In this document: positions 12,385-22,818 of the stretch, in pieces | How the letters are laid out: the number at the start of each line of letters is the position of its first letter | How positions within the stretch are numbered: the stretch's first letter is position 1 | From: Leucoraja ocellata | Taxonomy: Eukaryota | Reading direction: 5' to 3' | Assembly: GCA_036785375.1 (NCBI GenBank) | Contig: JAWMAR010000963.1 | Location: 310,001-374,000 of the forward strand | Length of the DNA: 64,000 bases | The notes under the pieces: model-generated | Databases searched by the model: none | What the model was told of the DNA's origin: nothing | The model's input: the letters and a program-made list of their open reading frames with translations, nothing else | Program-made: the position numbers and the translations under genes

Positions 12385-13270
12385 GAAATCAGAAATTTCC
12401 AGGCTCAAGTGCCATTCTAGAGATTTGAGCACATAAAAGAAGGCCAAACCTCCAGAGCACTCCTGACGGATTTCTGAGGGACTGTAAGGTAATCTTAGTG
12501 ATCAGCTGGGAAGTTGGGAGATGTAAAGGATTGGCTACAATTTTATGGAACGATAGAACAGGTGCACAAGGGTCATATAACCTCCTTTACTATTGTTTCT
12601 GGCAATCCTACGCTGCACTGTTGGCTCTACAATCTATTGATGAAGGCAGTAAATGAAACCCCATGCTCTCTCAGCAAGATGGAATGATCCAAGGGTACTA
12701 ATTTGAAGAGGCACAGATGAATTATTCTAGTGCCCTGGCCAATATTTATCATTCACTCAACAATATTGTAAACTAGATTAGCTGTACATTAGTACAGGCC
12801 ATCACCAGATTATTAATGCAATAATTGTGGCACTGAAATACGTATGAATGAGCTTCCATAATATTATTGAATTCAAAAGTTCAACTTAGGTACTTACAGT
12901 ATGTCCATTCCTATAAATGGGAGACCTCATTTCCTCTCTCTCTCTAGACTTTAAGTAATTGGTCTTTCTCAGCAGTCTTATGCGCTTTTGACATCACACA
13001 TTACAATTCTGTGGCAGTATCGTTATTATATCGACAGATTTTGTGTATATTTCAGCATATGGGCAAAATCAACTAATGGACGCTGATGAAAATGCACCTC
13101 ATTTGTTACCCAGATACAGTCTGCATATTACTCTTTGTTGCGAGTTTACTGCAAACTATTTGGCCGTTGCATTTATTGCATGACAGCAATAAATCTATTT
13201 CATTGACGGTAAGGCATTTTGGAACGTCCCCCGAATGACAATTGGCAATGTAAATGCAGGTCTCTTTCTT
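12385..13270 (+). mobile_element. Ancient DeuSINE (SacSINE1/AmnSINE1-related) in three pieces (~12385-12470, 12611-12790, 13115-13270)
   Basis: ctcaagtgccattctagagatttgagcacata, gctgcactgttgg, ccctggccaatatttatc and ttcattgacggtaaggcattttggaacgtcc...taaatgcaggtct resemble the remembered SacSINE1 head, Deu-domain and tail, in the correct order. Confidence 0.65.
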
Positions 13271-13624
13271 ACCGATCCCTCTCACTCAAAACTGTGATAT
13301 CTTCATGACATGGAGACATAACACAGCCATGGTGTAGTTGCAGTAGATAACAAATATTAATGTGCAAATAGGATCAATAGTTAGACGGTGCTTTAGTCTT
13401 GGAAATAAATATTTCATAAAGAAACATGAAGACTTAATGGAAATCAAAGTATGTCAAAATCAGTGTCATTGAATCATAGATCATAAAGGTTCAGGGTGAA
13501 CCTTATGATCCATAAGGTTCAGGGTGAAAATTTATGGCAGATGTTTGGAGGTATTTCTTCCCACAAGGAAAAGGCAACATCTGCAAAAGATTGACTATAT
13601 TCAAGCGACTTAAGTGAATGCAGC

Positions 13625-13847
13625 GGTAGGAAAGAACTGCAGATGTAGTTTTATATCGAAGATAGACACAAATGCTGGAGTAACTCAGTGGGACAGGCAG
13701 CATCTCTGGAGAGAAGGAATGGGTGACATTTTGGGTCGAGACCCTTCTTCAGACTGGGGAAGGGTCTTGACCCGAAATGTCACCCATTCCTTCTCTCCAG
13801 AGATGCTCCCTGTCCCGCTGTGTTACTCCGGCATTTTGTGCCTACCT
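13625..13847. mobile_element. Inverted pair of Penelope-like termini forming a hairpin with ~90-bp arms
   Basis: 13661-13750 is the near reverse complement of 13759-13846. Confidence 0.9.
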
Positions 13848-14009
13848 AAGTGAATGGATGTGTACAGTAAGCCAGATTGCCACAAAGTAGAACTGAAAAT
13901 ATATAAATCTGAACCAGAGACTTGTTTTTTCTCATTCCATGATCTGCTCATTTTCTCTGCATTTTCTGTTTCTCTGTCAGTTTGCCAGCAGCTGCAGTAT
14001 TTTGCTTTG

Positions 14010-14347
14010 GATGAATTGATTAGTATTGATTTAGTCTTGTCCCATGCACCAAGAAATAATGAAAAACTTTATCCAGTCAAATGATACCTATCATGAAGAC
14101 AATCAAACTATATACAATTGGTAGTGCTAAGAAAAAAAAAAGAAACAGAATGCAGAATATAGTGTAACCATGACACACTGCTACATTTACAGGGAAAATG
14201 CAAATAAAAAAAGAAAAAATCCAAGGGCAGCAGCAAATTGGGTTGGGAGTTGAGGAGTAAAACCTGGCTGATGAGAGGTTCCTTCAATCATTTGATAACG
14301 GTTGGTAAGAAGCTGTTCCTGAATCTGGTGGTACATGCTTTCAAACT
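14010..14347 (-). mobile_element. Rex1-like 3' end, decayed
   Basis: aagaagctgttcctgaatctggtggtacatgctttcaaact encodes SLKACTTRFRNSFLP on the minus strand. Confidence 0.7.
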
Positions 14348-14540
14348 GCCTCACCCGCTGAGTTTCTCCAGCATTTTTGTCTACCTTTAATATCATTGCA
14401 GATCGACACAAAATGCTAGAGTAACTCAGCGGGACAGGTAGCATATCTGGAAAGAAGGAATGTGTGACGTTTCGGTCAAAAAACCTTCTTCAGACTAAAG
14501 AAGGTGTAAACCAACATCTGCAGTTCCTTCCTACACACTT
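14347..14540. mobile_element. Penelope-like terminal fragments (tail-to-tail)
   Basis: cccgctgagtttctccagcatttttgtctac followed by its inverse gacacaaaatgctagagtaactcagcggg. Confidence 0.8.
14466..14493 (-). ncRNA. Minimal type I hammerhead ribozyme motif (Penelope pLTR)
   Basis: The minus strand reads CTGAAGA-A-GGTT-TTTT-GACC-GAA-AC-GT-C: complete CUGANGA/GAAA core, stem II and GUC cleavage triplet. Confidence 0.7.
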
Positions 14541-15209
14541 AATATCACAGTAATCAACTGTAATATTTTGAATTTGACATACTGCAACTGTGATGGTCAG
14601 ATAGTGCCTCATGTTAAATGTGAATATTGCTGAGTTTGAGCCATCTTCTCAATAAGCAACCAGTTTTGCTGGCTATAATCAACTAATCTCACCACCTAGC
14701 ATGCGCACTTGAAAACACTGGTATTCAATACTCTATGTAAATCTTGAAAGTAAATCGGCATCACGCCACAGTTTTAATCTGGAAAATCTCAGCAGGAAGT
14801 AACACAGCACAGTCTGGTAAATTAATGTCTGAGCAGGTTCATTTTGAGTCCTTGTGGGCTGTGGGTGGTGAATCTGAAATGAGGAAAAAAGCAATAACAG
14901 ACAAAATTTATAAAATATGAATAGTTCCTGGAATGACAACCTTGAAGGAATCAGTGCGTGTCACGAACAGAAGATTTCATTGGAAGTTAACCATATTGAG
15001 AAGGGGAGAGTGGCGTGATTATAAATTGTTAGCATGAGATTTAAAACCAAATGAGAATGTGGACAAGGAGCCGGTATCTCCATAAACATTATATGTCACA
15101 TGAAGGCCGACAATTCTGTCAAATGGTGTCATATGCTGAAAGCTAACTTGAATCTACCTCCCCTCTGGGTAGAACATGTGCCACCATTGCAACTGACTTG
15201 ATATTTTAA

Positions 15210-15732
15210 AGTATGGTTGGCCCACCGGTAGCCACACACTTTAACTCCGCTTCCCATTCCCATACTAACCTTTCTGTCCTGGGCTTCCTCCATTATCAGA
15301 GTGAGGATACACCAAAATTGGTGGAGCAGTACATCATATTTTGTTTGGGCAGCTTACAACCCAATGGTATGAATAATGATTTTTCTAACTTCAAGTAACC
15401 CTTGCATCCCCTCTCTCTCTATCCCTCCCCCACCCTAGTCATTGTACTAGTTTCACAGTCGTCCTTTTGAGTTTATATAACCCTTTATTACCTAGCCCAC
15501 AGTCTACAATAGACATTGTGGGCTCCACCTTTGCTTGACCATAGTTATTTTTTGCATATCTTTAATTAATTTGTTCTATATCTCTCTATATCACCGTCCA
15601 TAATACTTGTTTCCTTTTCTCCTGACACTCAGCCTGAAGAAGGGCCTCGACCCGCAACATCACCTATTCCTTTTGTCCAGAGATGCTGCCCAACCCACTG
15701 AGTTAATCCAGCTTTTTGTGCCTATCTTTGAT
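15210..15732 (+). mobile_element. Penelope-like element 3' end (GIY-YIG C-terminus + pLTR)
   Basis: PVATHFNSASHSHTNLSVLG...EQYIIFCLGSLQPNGMN; terminal unit with CTGAAGA at 15634. Confidence 0.88.
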
Positions 15733-16272
15733 AAAAGGACAAGCTACATTTAAGTCTAAACTAACCAAAGGGCAACAGAAAGTATTGGGACCAGCATTAT
15801 GTGCAATCTTAATTCAAATAAAAATGAACACTTTTTCATATAGACAATACCAATTTATGGCGCAGTATAAATAAAACGAGGTTAGGAATTAGGAAAGTAA
15901 TTTAACAGCATGTACATTTGTTAGCAATAAGACAAAATAAACTTCTCAATGTATGTGTGTGGTAAAAATAAATCAACCACACAGGCATTTGTTGATTATG
16001 CACTTTATATTTGGTAAGGTTTTATGAGCAAGAAATAATTGTGGACAAATACATGAAATCTAAAATCCCATTACTCCTGATTCCATTCTAAAATAAAATA
16101 ATGATTTCTGTTTTTGATTTGGTTTAAATAATAATAACTCCATGAATGTGATCTAATTTGACAATAATAATCAGCTTTATATAGCACCTTCATTAAAAGT
16201 CCCCATGGTATTCTTTTTTAACATATTAGGAAAAGTAACCAAATGCTTGTCCTGAGGCAGTGTATCTGGGAT

Positions 16273-16673
16273 AACCATATAACCATATAACCATATAACA
16301 ATTACAGCACGGAAACAGGCCATCTCGGCCCTACAAGTCCGTGCCGAACAAATTTTTTTCCCCTTAGTCCCACCTGCCTGCACTCATACCATAACCCTCC
16401 ATTCCCTTCTCATCCATATGCCTATCTAATTTATTTTTAAATGATACCAATGAACCTGCCTCCACCACTTCCACTGGGAGCTCATTCCACACAGCTACCA
16501 CTCTCTGCGTAAAGAAGTTCCCCCTCATATTACCCCTAAACTTCTGTCCCTTAATTCTGAAGTCATGTCCTCTTGTTTGAATCTTCCCTATTCTCAAAGG
16601 GAAAAGCTTGTCCACATCAACTCTGTCTATCCCTCTCATCATTTTAAAGACCTCTATCAGGTCCCCCCTTAAC
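16273..16673 (-). mobile_element. CR1 3' fragment (same family as 8900-11401)
   Basis: MMRGIDRVDVDKLFPLR...; (ATATGGTT)n tail; TSD ctgggat at 16266-16272 and 16674-16680. Confidence 0.96.
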
Positions 16674-16752
16674 CTGGGATGAGTTGTTATTTTAAATTCC
16701 AGATTTAATTAGTTGCTTGAAAGTAATTCGGGGGTTGAACTCGACTGAAGAA

Positions 16753-17107
16753 ATGCCTGAGTTGCAGAAAACTGCTCCCAGGCAGGGCGTCAAGAAAGCT
16801 TTGCTGAAACCTGCAGGCAAAGAGGGCATGAAGCGCAGGATAATCAGAAAGGAGAGTTACTATATCTACATCTACAAAGTGATGAAGCAGGTTCACCCTG
16901 ACACTGGCATCTCTTCCAAGGTCATGAGCATGATGAACTCACTTGTCAATGATATTTTCTAGTGCAGTGCAGCCCGTCTGGCCCATCACCCATCAGCTCC
17001 CGGGAGATTCAGACTGTCGTGTGCCTGCTGCTGCCCGGGGTGCTGGCCAAGCACACACCATGTCAGAAGGGATAAAGGCGGTGACCAAGTTCCCCAGCTC
17101 CAAGTAA
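16753..17107 (+). pseudogene. H2B: Histone H2B pseudogene (isolated orphon)
   Basis: MPE...[38 protein letters not shown], then a premature TAG and deletions/frameshifts, then TISSREIQTVVCLLLPGVLAKH and EGIKAVTKFPSSK*. Confidence 0.96.
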
Positions 17108-17167
17108 AGATCCATGCAACGCTGGCAAAACAAACCAAAAACCCAATGGCTCACATTTTCTGAGCGG

Positions 17168-17432
17168 AAGAGTGGCTCAGAGGCAGAGTCGCTGCCTTAC
17201 AGCGCCAAAGACCTGGGTACAATCCTGTCTGTATGGAGTTTGCACGTTTTGCCCATGGCCATTTGGGTTTTTCTCCGGGCATTCCAGTTTCCTCCCATAT
17301 CCGAAAGATATGCAGGATTGTAGGTTAATTGGCTTCTGTAAATTGTCTCTGGACTGTAGATGTTGGTCGGCACGGACTCGATATCGCCAGAGGGCCTGGT
17401 TCCATGCTGTATCTTTAAACTAAACTCAACTA
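17168..17432 (+). mobile_element. V-SINE (HE1-like)
   Basis: tRNA-like head, V-domain gagtttgcacgtt...tttcctccca, CR1-like 3' end and taaac tail. Confidence 0.9.
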
Positions 17433-18379
17433 AACTTTTCAGCTGCCATCTTATGCCACAAAATATTGCAATACTCATAAACTGAATACAAAATTGAAAA
17501 AATATTAAAAAATCTTATTTTTGCTAAACTACCACTTGACGGATGCAAAGAAAATGTAATAAAAGATGAATAATTGCATTGTACTATGTGCCAGAGTTTC
17601 ACATGCCTCCTGAAAATTATTTGAATTTTCATTTAATTTCTTTTCACAAGCTTATGTATTTTTATCCCCTCAAACGATGTCCACAGGAGGTTGTTTTATA
17701 GTCTCCTGTCTGCCAGGCACAACAGAAAGCTCTAAGTGCATGACAAGCCTTAATTTCAATGGAGTGCATTTAATACCTGACTCGTTTAATCAGAGTGTTT
17801 ATAATAGCATCCGTCAAATATAGTCAAAGATGCTGATTTTTTTGAAAATTCAGTACCATGTCCACCTGATAGAAATCTTTCTCTCCACTTAGAGTGCATC
17901 AATTAGTTTTATTATTACACGTAATGCTAAACCACGTGCATCAAGAGACTGGTGATGGTGCACACTAATACTAGCCTCCCTGCCAGCCTTAATCCACTGG
18001 AGTTTGCTTCCTGTTGCGACAGGTTCACAGCAGACGCCACCTTCCTGACCCTAAATTCATCTATGGAACACCTAGACAACAAGGACTCCTATGTAAGGCT
18101 CCTATTTATTGATTATAACTCCAGCTTTCAACACCATAATCCCATCCAAACTTATCTCCAAACTCCTGGACCTAAGAATCAGCTCTCTCCTCTGCCACTG
18201 GATCCTCAACTTTCTGACCCACAGACCACAATCAGTGAGGATAGGTGACCACACCTCGTCTACAATGATTCTCGACACCAGAGCCCTGCAAGGATGTGTT
18301 CTCAGTCTCCTTCTATTTTCCTCACACACTTACGGTTGTGTGTCTAAATTCAGCTCTAACTCCATCTGCAAGTTTGCAG

Positions 18380-18590
18380 GCTTAGAGGACATAGGTTTAA
18401 GGTGAAGGGGAAAAGATTTATATAGGTATCTGAGGGTAACCTTCTTACACAAAGGGTGGTGGATGTATGGAATAAGCTGCCAGAGGAGGGAGCTGAAGCA
18501 GGGACTATCCCAACATTTAATAAGCAGTTAGACAGGTACATGGATAGGACAGGTTTGGAGGGATATGGACCAAATGCTGGCAGGTGAGAC

Positions 18591-18643
<53 letters not shown>

Positions 18644-18925
18644 TATTTTATTGTCATTGCACATCAGTGCAACGAGATTTAGTATGCAGCTTCCAACCGA
18701 TGTAAACGAAAAGTAAAATAAATAAATAAGCTGTGTGACGTGACCATCCGAGGGAGACAGTCCAGGGGGGATGGGGGGCACTCAGCAGGGCCGGTTCAGA
18801 GCTGCATAGCTCTGGGAGACTAGTGTAAATGGGACATATTGGCCAGGGTGGGAAAGTTGGGTCGAAAGAACTGTTTCCACACTGTAATTGTCAATGACTA
18901 GGACTCCATGACTCTATGATTCTAT
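18380..18925 (+). mobile_element. CR1 3' fragment inserted in Rex1
   Basis: gaggacataggtttaaggtgaagggg...; (ATGACTCT)n-like tail running into the Rex1 DD codons. Confidence 0.88.
18593..18815 (-). mobile_element. Rex1-like 3' tip with (TTA)n tail inserted in CR1
   Basis: (TAA)n at 18591-18642; TSD gagacta at 18586-18592 and 18816-18822. Confidence 0.8.
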
Positions 18926-18934
18926 GACTCCATC

Positions 18935-19479
18935 CAGGCACATGCTGTGAGTAATTACTCAGAGTAGGCACTGGCAGTCAGTCGACTTTCAAAAATGGTA
19001 AAATCCGCGCATGCGCAGAAAAACGGGTTTAAAAAAATCCCGCATGTGCAGAAAATCGAAAAAGCTCACATGCACAGATCAGTCCTGTGGGCAGTCAGTT
19101 GATTTAAAATATCTTAAAACCCGCGCATACGCAGATTGGTCTCCTCTCCTGTAGACATGCGCAGCACCTTGCGCGCAGCCCATGGTGCAAAGGCAGAATT
19201 TCATCTGCATTTATTACCCGTTGTAAGTGAAGGCTTGAAGCAGCGTCCACGGTAAATGAGTTGAACATAGTTACGTTTATTACACGTACTGCAGATGAAA
19301 GGCACAGGAGAATTATGCCTACCTAAGATCGATTGTTAAAATAATGAGCATTTAATAATAAATACTGAATTTAGTAAATGAATTTGAAATCCTTACTATT
19401 TACATTTAATAATTTCCTCTTTATAATTTTAGTCAGGGTAGGCACTGCCAACTTTGCTTATCCTGACGGCACGTGCCTG
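18935..19479. mobile_element. hAT-type MITE
   Basis: TIRs caggcacatgctgt and acggcacgtgcctg; 8-bp TSD actccatc (18927-18934) and gctccatc (19480-19487). Confidence 0.85.
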
Positions 19480-19682
19480 GCTCCATCGTTGTGGGCCAAA
19501 TCATGAACAATAATGATATAGAGTCCAGAAAGGAGATAGAGAACTTAGTGGTGTCAGGACAACAACCTCTTCCTCAATATCAGCAAGACAAAGGTGATAA
19601 TTATCGACTTCAGGAAGCATGATGGAAAATATGCCCCATTCAGCATTGAAGGTGACAAAGTGGAAATGGTTGAGAGCTTCAA

Positions 19683-20433
19683 AGTCAAATTCAAAGTCAA
19701 TTGTATTCGTCACAAACACCTGAAAGTGCAGTGAAATGAATTTGTCAGCAGCGATACACTTAAAAAGAACACACAATACACATTAAGATTGAACACAAAC
19801 ATCCATCACAGCATTATTCACTGTGGTGGTAGGCGCAAAGTTCTGCCAATCCTCCTCACTCGTTCACCTGTGGTCGGGGCCATGAACGGTCGGACGCACT
19901 ATGCGGCTTGGAGTGCCCGAATCGGCACTTTCCCACTGGAGACCGTAGCTTCAGGATGTTATAGACTGCAGGCTGAAAGTCGGAGCTCTTCTCCAGCGAT
20001 CCCCGACAAGGGATCCCAGACTCCGCGATGAAAAGTCCACACCGTGCCCGCGGTTAGAATATCCGCAGACCATGGCTTCAGGATGTCATAGTTCGCGGGC
20101 CAGCGATCGGAGCACTCCTCTCTGGTGACCCCCGGCAAGGGTTTCCCCGTCTCCGTGATGGAAAAAGTCCACACGGCGCCCGCTGCTGATGCTCCGGGCC
20201 TGACTCCAGGAAAGGCCGCTTCCATCCAAGCTGTTAGACATCGAGAGGGGAGGCAGAGAAGTGACATGGAAAAAGTCGTCTCTCCGTCGAGGGTGACTGA
20301 AGAACGGTTTCTCCCTTGCCCCCCCTCCCACCCCCACACAAGACACACCGAGAAACACCCAAAGCAAACACTTAGACAAACCAAAAAAAAATCCAAAAAT
20401 CCAAAAAGTCGAAATAACAGACAATCACATCGA
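19683..20433 (-). mobile_element. Non-coding retroposon with a Rex1-type 3' tail
   Basis: The minus-strand end atttcactgcactttcaggtgtttgtgacgaatacaattgactttga resembles the Rex1 tails in the window; the GC-rich body has no RT motifs; it splits the Rex1 ORF at VESFK|FLGV. Confidence 0.7.
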
Positions 20434-21989
20434 CCAAGTTCCTTGGCGTAAATATTTCCCCCAATCTGTTGTGGACCAACCACACTGATGAAACATCCAA
20501 GAAGGCAAGCCAAAATCTCGGCTTTCTTAGAAGACTGAGGAAATTTGGCATGTCTCCAAAGACTCTTATACACTCCCACAGATGCACCATAGAAAGCATA
20601 CTGTTGTGTTGCATCATAGCTTGGATTGGGAATAGTTCTGCTCAAGACTGCGAGAAATTACAGAAAGTTGTAGAATTAGCCCTTTCCATCAAACAGACAA
20701 GTCTCTCCACCATTGATTCCATCTATACCACGCTGCTTTGGAAAAACACCCAAAATGATTAACATGATCCCAGCCCGGTCATTCCTTCTTCTCCCTGTTC
20801 CCAATGTGCAAAAGGTACAGAAGCTTGAAAGTGTGTCAGGAACCTCAGTTATCAGGCTTCCGAATGGTCCTCCTATAAGCCTAGATACTGTCAGATTCAC
20901 CTCGACCCCAATGCACACATTGGACTTTGTCGTTGGAACTGTTGTGCTACAATGCTGAGAACTATATTCTGCACTCCGTGTCTTCCCATTTGTTCTATCA
21001 ATTGTACTTAAGTCTGACTTGATTGTATTTATGTGTAATATTATCTGATCTGATTGGATAGTATGTAAAACAAAGCTTTTACTATACCTTAGTACATGTG
21101 ATAATAATAAACCTAAACCTAAACTGTAGGTGTTGAAACCACAATTAAGACTTGCAAAGATTTCAAAAAATGTTTATCTCACAATGATCAAACTCTTGTT
21201 ATTCATTTTGAGATTTGCATATGACTTGTAAATAAAAGCTTATTTTATTACATATGTTCATGTATATTTTTTCAGCATATTTGATTATATTAGTCTGTCA
21301 TTTCAATGCATTATTTGGAATATTTTCTCCTCGGTTTGAGGATTGACCAGTTACTTCATTACAGTTGCCAATCTTTACAAAGCAGCAGTAGTATTTCAAA
21401 GCGAAGATTAATTTACTGCTCTTTTCTGCTGTCATTCATTTCCTTCATGCATTTTCCTCACACTGTGAATGACCATTGTATTCATTCTGAAAGGCTATTG
21501 CTTTTGTGTTCTGAGAATTATACAGCAGAGGCAGAAAGATAAAAGCTTCCTGAGTTTTCTAAAGATATGATATTCTATTGCTCTATCCCTGCATGTTGAA
21601 TCTCGGAAGCCACACAGCTCAATTCATCTGTCCTTTTCTAAGTGCTATAAGATGTATACCATGACTTGTACTGCTCTCTGAAACACCCGTGTTACGGTCT
21701 CCTTTGTGTAGCTGCTATTGCTTTCATAATCACAAATTGGCGAATGCATGAATTTCTGGTTTTCATTTTGAAAATATGGGCATCAGTAACTTGCATTTAA
21801 AATATTCTAAATAGCTCAGATGAAATTCTCTGGTAGATCAACAGAAACATTAATAGTACCCAGCATTTTCCCGATTCTCCTGTTATTAAACTGAATACAA
21901 ATTTGTTATGGGATCATTTTGGTGAGCAGTTGGGGATAGAACATTGGCCTCAAAAATCAGAATATTTTAATTCTGTAAGGTTAAAAATC

Positions 21990-22284
21990 AATAGTCGTAC
22001 GTAATCGAGGGTAGTCGAAGGTAGTCGTAGATAGTCTTCATCATAGTCGAAGGGAGGTCAAAGGAGATCAAAGGAGGTCGTTTTCATTATCCACTATTCG
22101 GTGTCCAATTTTCCTGGTTAGTCATAGGTAGTCGTAGCTAGTCGAAGCTAGTCTTTAACATAGTCGAAGGAAGTCGAATGAGGTCTTCTACATAGTCGAA
22201 GGAGGTCATCAACATGACATTTTCTCAAACTCTCCTAAACTCTTCTAAACTCACCAATTAGGTCGCCCAAGTGGGACAGCATCT
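21990..22284. mobile_element. Partial Harbinger-type MITE with internal (tagtcgaagg) repeats
   Basis: Right TIR agtgggacagcatct followed by taa, similar to the other two MITE ends; left end not seen. Confidence 0.6.
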
Positions 22285-22287
22285 TAA

Positions 22288-22450
22288 CTCGCTTGAAAAC
22301 ATCCAGTGAATTGGCCTCCACTGCCTTCTGTGGCAGAAAATTCCACAGTAAAACTCTCTGGGTGAAAAAAAATTTCCTCATCTCAATCCTAAATGGCCTA
22401 ACCCTTATTCTTAAACTGTGATCCTTGGTTCTGGACTCCCCCAACATCAG
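22288..22450 (-). mobile_element. CR1 fragment
   Basis: MLGESRTKDHSLRIRVRPFRIEMRKFFFTQRV. Confidence 0.88.
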
Positions 22451-22719
22451 GAATTCTTTTCATGTGGCAGAAGTACTCACCCACTACTTTTAGGTTGGAA
22501 TTACATATTGTTATATCCCATGACAATTGAGATGTGTATGTACAACCCAGCTCCGATGAGAATTAGCTGGATTGCTTCTCGTGGGATGCATTCTCACACA
22601 AAAGGCACCGAGTCATGGTGTGAGTGCCTGCTTGGCAAACTAGCCTTTAGCAGGTGAATAAACATATTGATAACCTCAGTGTATTGACCTTCCAAAGAGA
22701 ATACAGGTAGATAACATGT

Positions 22720-22818
22720 TGATAGACACCAAATGCTGGAGTAACTCAGCAGGACAGACAGCATCTTTGGAGAGAAGGAATGGGCGATGTTTTGGGTCGA
22801 GACCCTTCTCCAGCATTT
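22720..22818 (-). mobile_element. Short Penelope terminal unit with 12-bp TSD
   Basis: tagataacatgt at 22708-22719 and 22819-22830. Confidence 0.85.

Larger units (their letters stand above)
17930..21125 (+). mobile_element. Rex1/Babar LINE split by nested insertions (pieces ~17930-18379, 19480-19682, 20434-21125)
   Basis: [28 protein letters not shown]|DDSIVVG, NISKTK, VESFK|FLGV, FLRRLRKFGMS; (AAACCT)n tail. Confidence 0.9.

Noticed and set aside
16717-16962. Functional short H2B variant
   Set aside because: A premature stop inside the histone fold, downstream frameshifts and substitutions at conserved residues indicate a pseudogene.
19959-20645. 228-aa minus-strand ORF
   Set aside because: It spans the junction between antisense Rex1 and an inserted GC-rich element; low-complexity content and no motifs.
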